Shown here in pieces: positions 14,834 to 15,775 of a DNA stretch of 15,775 bases. Position numbers and translations under genes: made by a program. Below the pieces are notes generated by a model that saw nothing but the letters and a program-made list of their open reading frames with translations, was not told where the DNA came from and ran no database searches. Every line of letters starts with the position of its first letter. The stretch's first letter is position 1. This DNA is from Bacteriovoracaceae bacterium. GTDB lineage: Bacteria; Bdellovibrionota; Bacteriovoracia; Bacteriovoracales; Bacteriovoracaceae. The stretch is taken from the NCBI GenBank assembly GCA_049599895.1, contig JBMYPC010000070.1:1-15775 (forward strand), written 5' to 3'.

Positions 14834-15655
14834 ATGGACTTGAATAAAAGTGGTGATTTGAACCTTTTTATAAAGTCTGGACTCTATATCTTTTCGAAAG
14901 TTCTCATCCACGTCACCATCATTTCAATTGCAACATTTGTGCATTTTCAACTTGAGCATGATCTGAGAATCGTCAATAGTTGGATTGTCGAGAACCGATG
15001 GCCAATGGCTTTTTTAGTCAAATTTTTAGTAGTTAGCATTTTTGTTTCTGTAGGTATTTGGAATACCACAAAATCAGAAGTCATACGCAAGCTCCGCTCG
15101 CTTTTTATTGGAGGGCCAGGACTTGGAGTTCTTTGGCTTTTTTTACTGTTAAGCCTCCTTCTTTATTTAAACTTTTTCTCTTCGAGTCAGTTCCAGATTC
15201 TCAATTTTTCAGTTCTCAATTTTTCAATGCTCACAGGTTACTTTCTTTTAGATACCTTAGTGTTTCACTTTCTTAAAAGACCTAAAAATGAAACGGGAAG
15301 AATCCTTACGATACTTCTTCTTATGGGACTTAACTGTTTTTATTTACAAATTGCTGACCTGTTTCAGACATATTTTGTTGCGGCATACATTATCGTCTAT
15401 GGGGTGAGTTTATATTTTGTTTTTAATCCTAAGATTCCTTCTTCGTTTGTCCTTGCACTTGCTCTTGGAAGTCTCGCTCCGTTTAACGCAATTTTAGGTG
15501 AAGAAGTTTTAGATGTTTTCTCATCTGAAATGCCTGTGTTACATTTATTTTATTTCATATCCATTGGGTTTTGTTCAATATTCTTTGTTAAAGCAACTCA
15601 GCTGGCTTCTTTGCAAAAGTCTTTAATGAGGCAGTTTTTTTCAAAGAGATCATAA
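14834..15655 (+). CDS. Polytopic integral membrane protein of unknown function (~7-8 TM)
   Basis: Highly hydrophobic 273-aa ORF starting 4 nt after the previous stop, with AAGGA directly upstream. Confidence 0.8.
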   Translation: MDLNKSGDLNLFIKSGLYIFSKVLIHVTIISIATFVHFQLEHDLRIVNSWIVENRWPMAFLVKFLVVSIFVSVGIWNTTKSEVIRKLRSLFIGGPGLGVLWLFLLLSLLLYLNFFSSSQFQILNFSVLNFSMLTGYFLLDTLVFHFLKRPKNETGRILTILLLMGLNCFYLQIADLFQTYFVAAYIIVYGVSLYFVFNPKIPSSFVLALALGSLAPFNAILGEEVLDVFSSEMPVLHLFYFISIGFCSIFFVKATQLASLQKSLMRQFFSKRS

Positions 15656-15670
15656 GGTTAGGAAGGTGTT

Positions 15671-15775
15671 ATGCACGAAATAGATCTCATTACAATTTTT
15701 TCGCAAACAGGAATTGTTGTTAAATTAATTCTTTTATGGCTTGTGGTTTTTTCCGTTATTTCTTGGGCTATTATT
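15671..15775 (+). CDS. tolQ: TolQ/ExbB/MotA-family proton channel protein, N-terminal part only (runs off window)
   Basis: Not in the ORF track. SD GGAAGGTG (15661-15668) then ATG 15671, open to the edge. It translates MHEIDLITIFSQTGIVVKLILLWLVVFSVISWAII, matching the TolQ first TM pattern VK-x6-L-x2-FS-x2-SWAII. Confidence 0.8.
   Translation, partial: MHEIDLITIFSQTGIVVKLILLWLVVFSVISWAII

Noticed and set aside
4876..15276. Short nested or antisense ORFs 4876-5220, 7091-7297, 8322-8528, 9831-10013, 10866-11054, 11645-12022, 13317-13499 and 15058-15276
   Set aside because: They overlap better-supported CDSs and show no SD or protein-family signal.
1..15775. CRISPR array, tRNA/rRNA, IS/integrase, prophage or defence system
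   Set aside because: No spaced direct repeats, cloverleaf, transposase, integrase, phage or nuclease motifs were seen, and intergenic gaps are all 164 nt or less.

Overview
AT-rich bacterial chromosomal window, most likely from a Bdellovibrionota predator (Bacteriovorax/Halobacteriovorax-like; inferred from the DgcB-type FHA-GGDEF protein, the sigma28-like promoters and the gene content, not from a database search). It starts with a 14-nt poly-G that is probably a sequencing artefact. The first block is a minus-strand run: isovaleryl-CoA dehydrogenase, short-chain acyl-CoA dehydrogenase, pgi and an FHA-GGDEF diguanylate cyclase with a structured 164-nt upstream region. Divergent from it are a degenerate GH35/GH42-like protein and a coupled small protein with a MinD-like C-terminal amphipathic tail. 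Next come a minus-strand membrane PAS-PAS histidine kinase, a single-domain receiver and an 83-aa hypothetical, then rlmN and a convergent small secreted protein. The window ends in a tightly coupled envelope operon: sppA, lapB, SH3b-like exported protein, M48-like protein lacking HExxH, polytopic membrane protein, and the start of tolQ. No rRNA, tRNA, CRISPR array, transposase or integrase was seen. The best candidates for undescribed biology are the three uncharacterised envelope genes between lapB and tolQ, the switch-like leader of the dgcB homolog, two sigma28/FliA-like promoters (one apparently leaderless), and several apparent pseudoenzymes.
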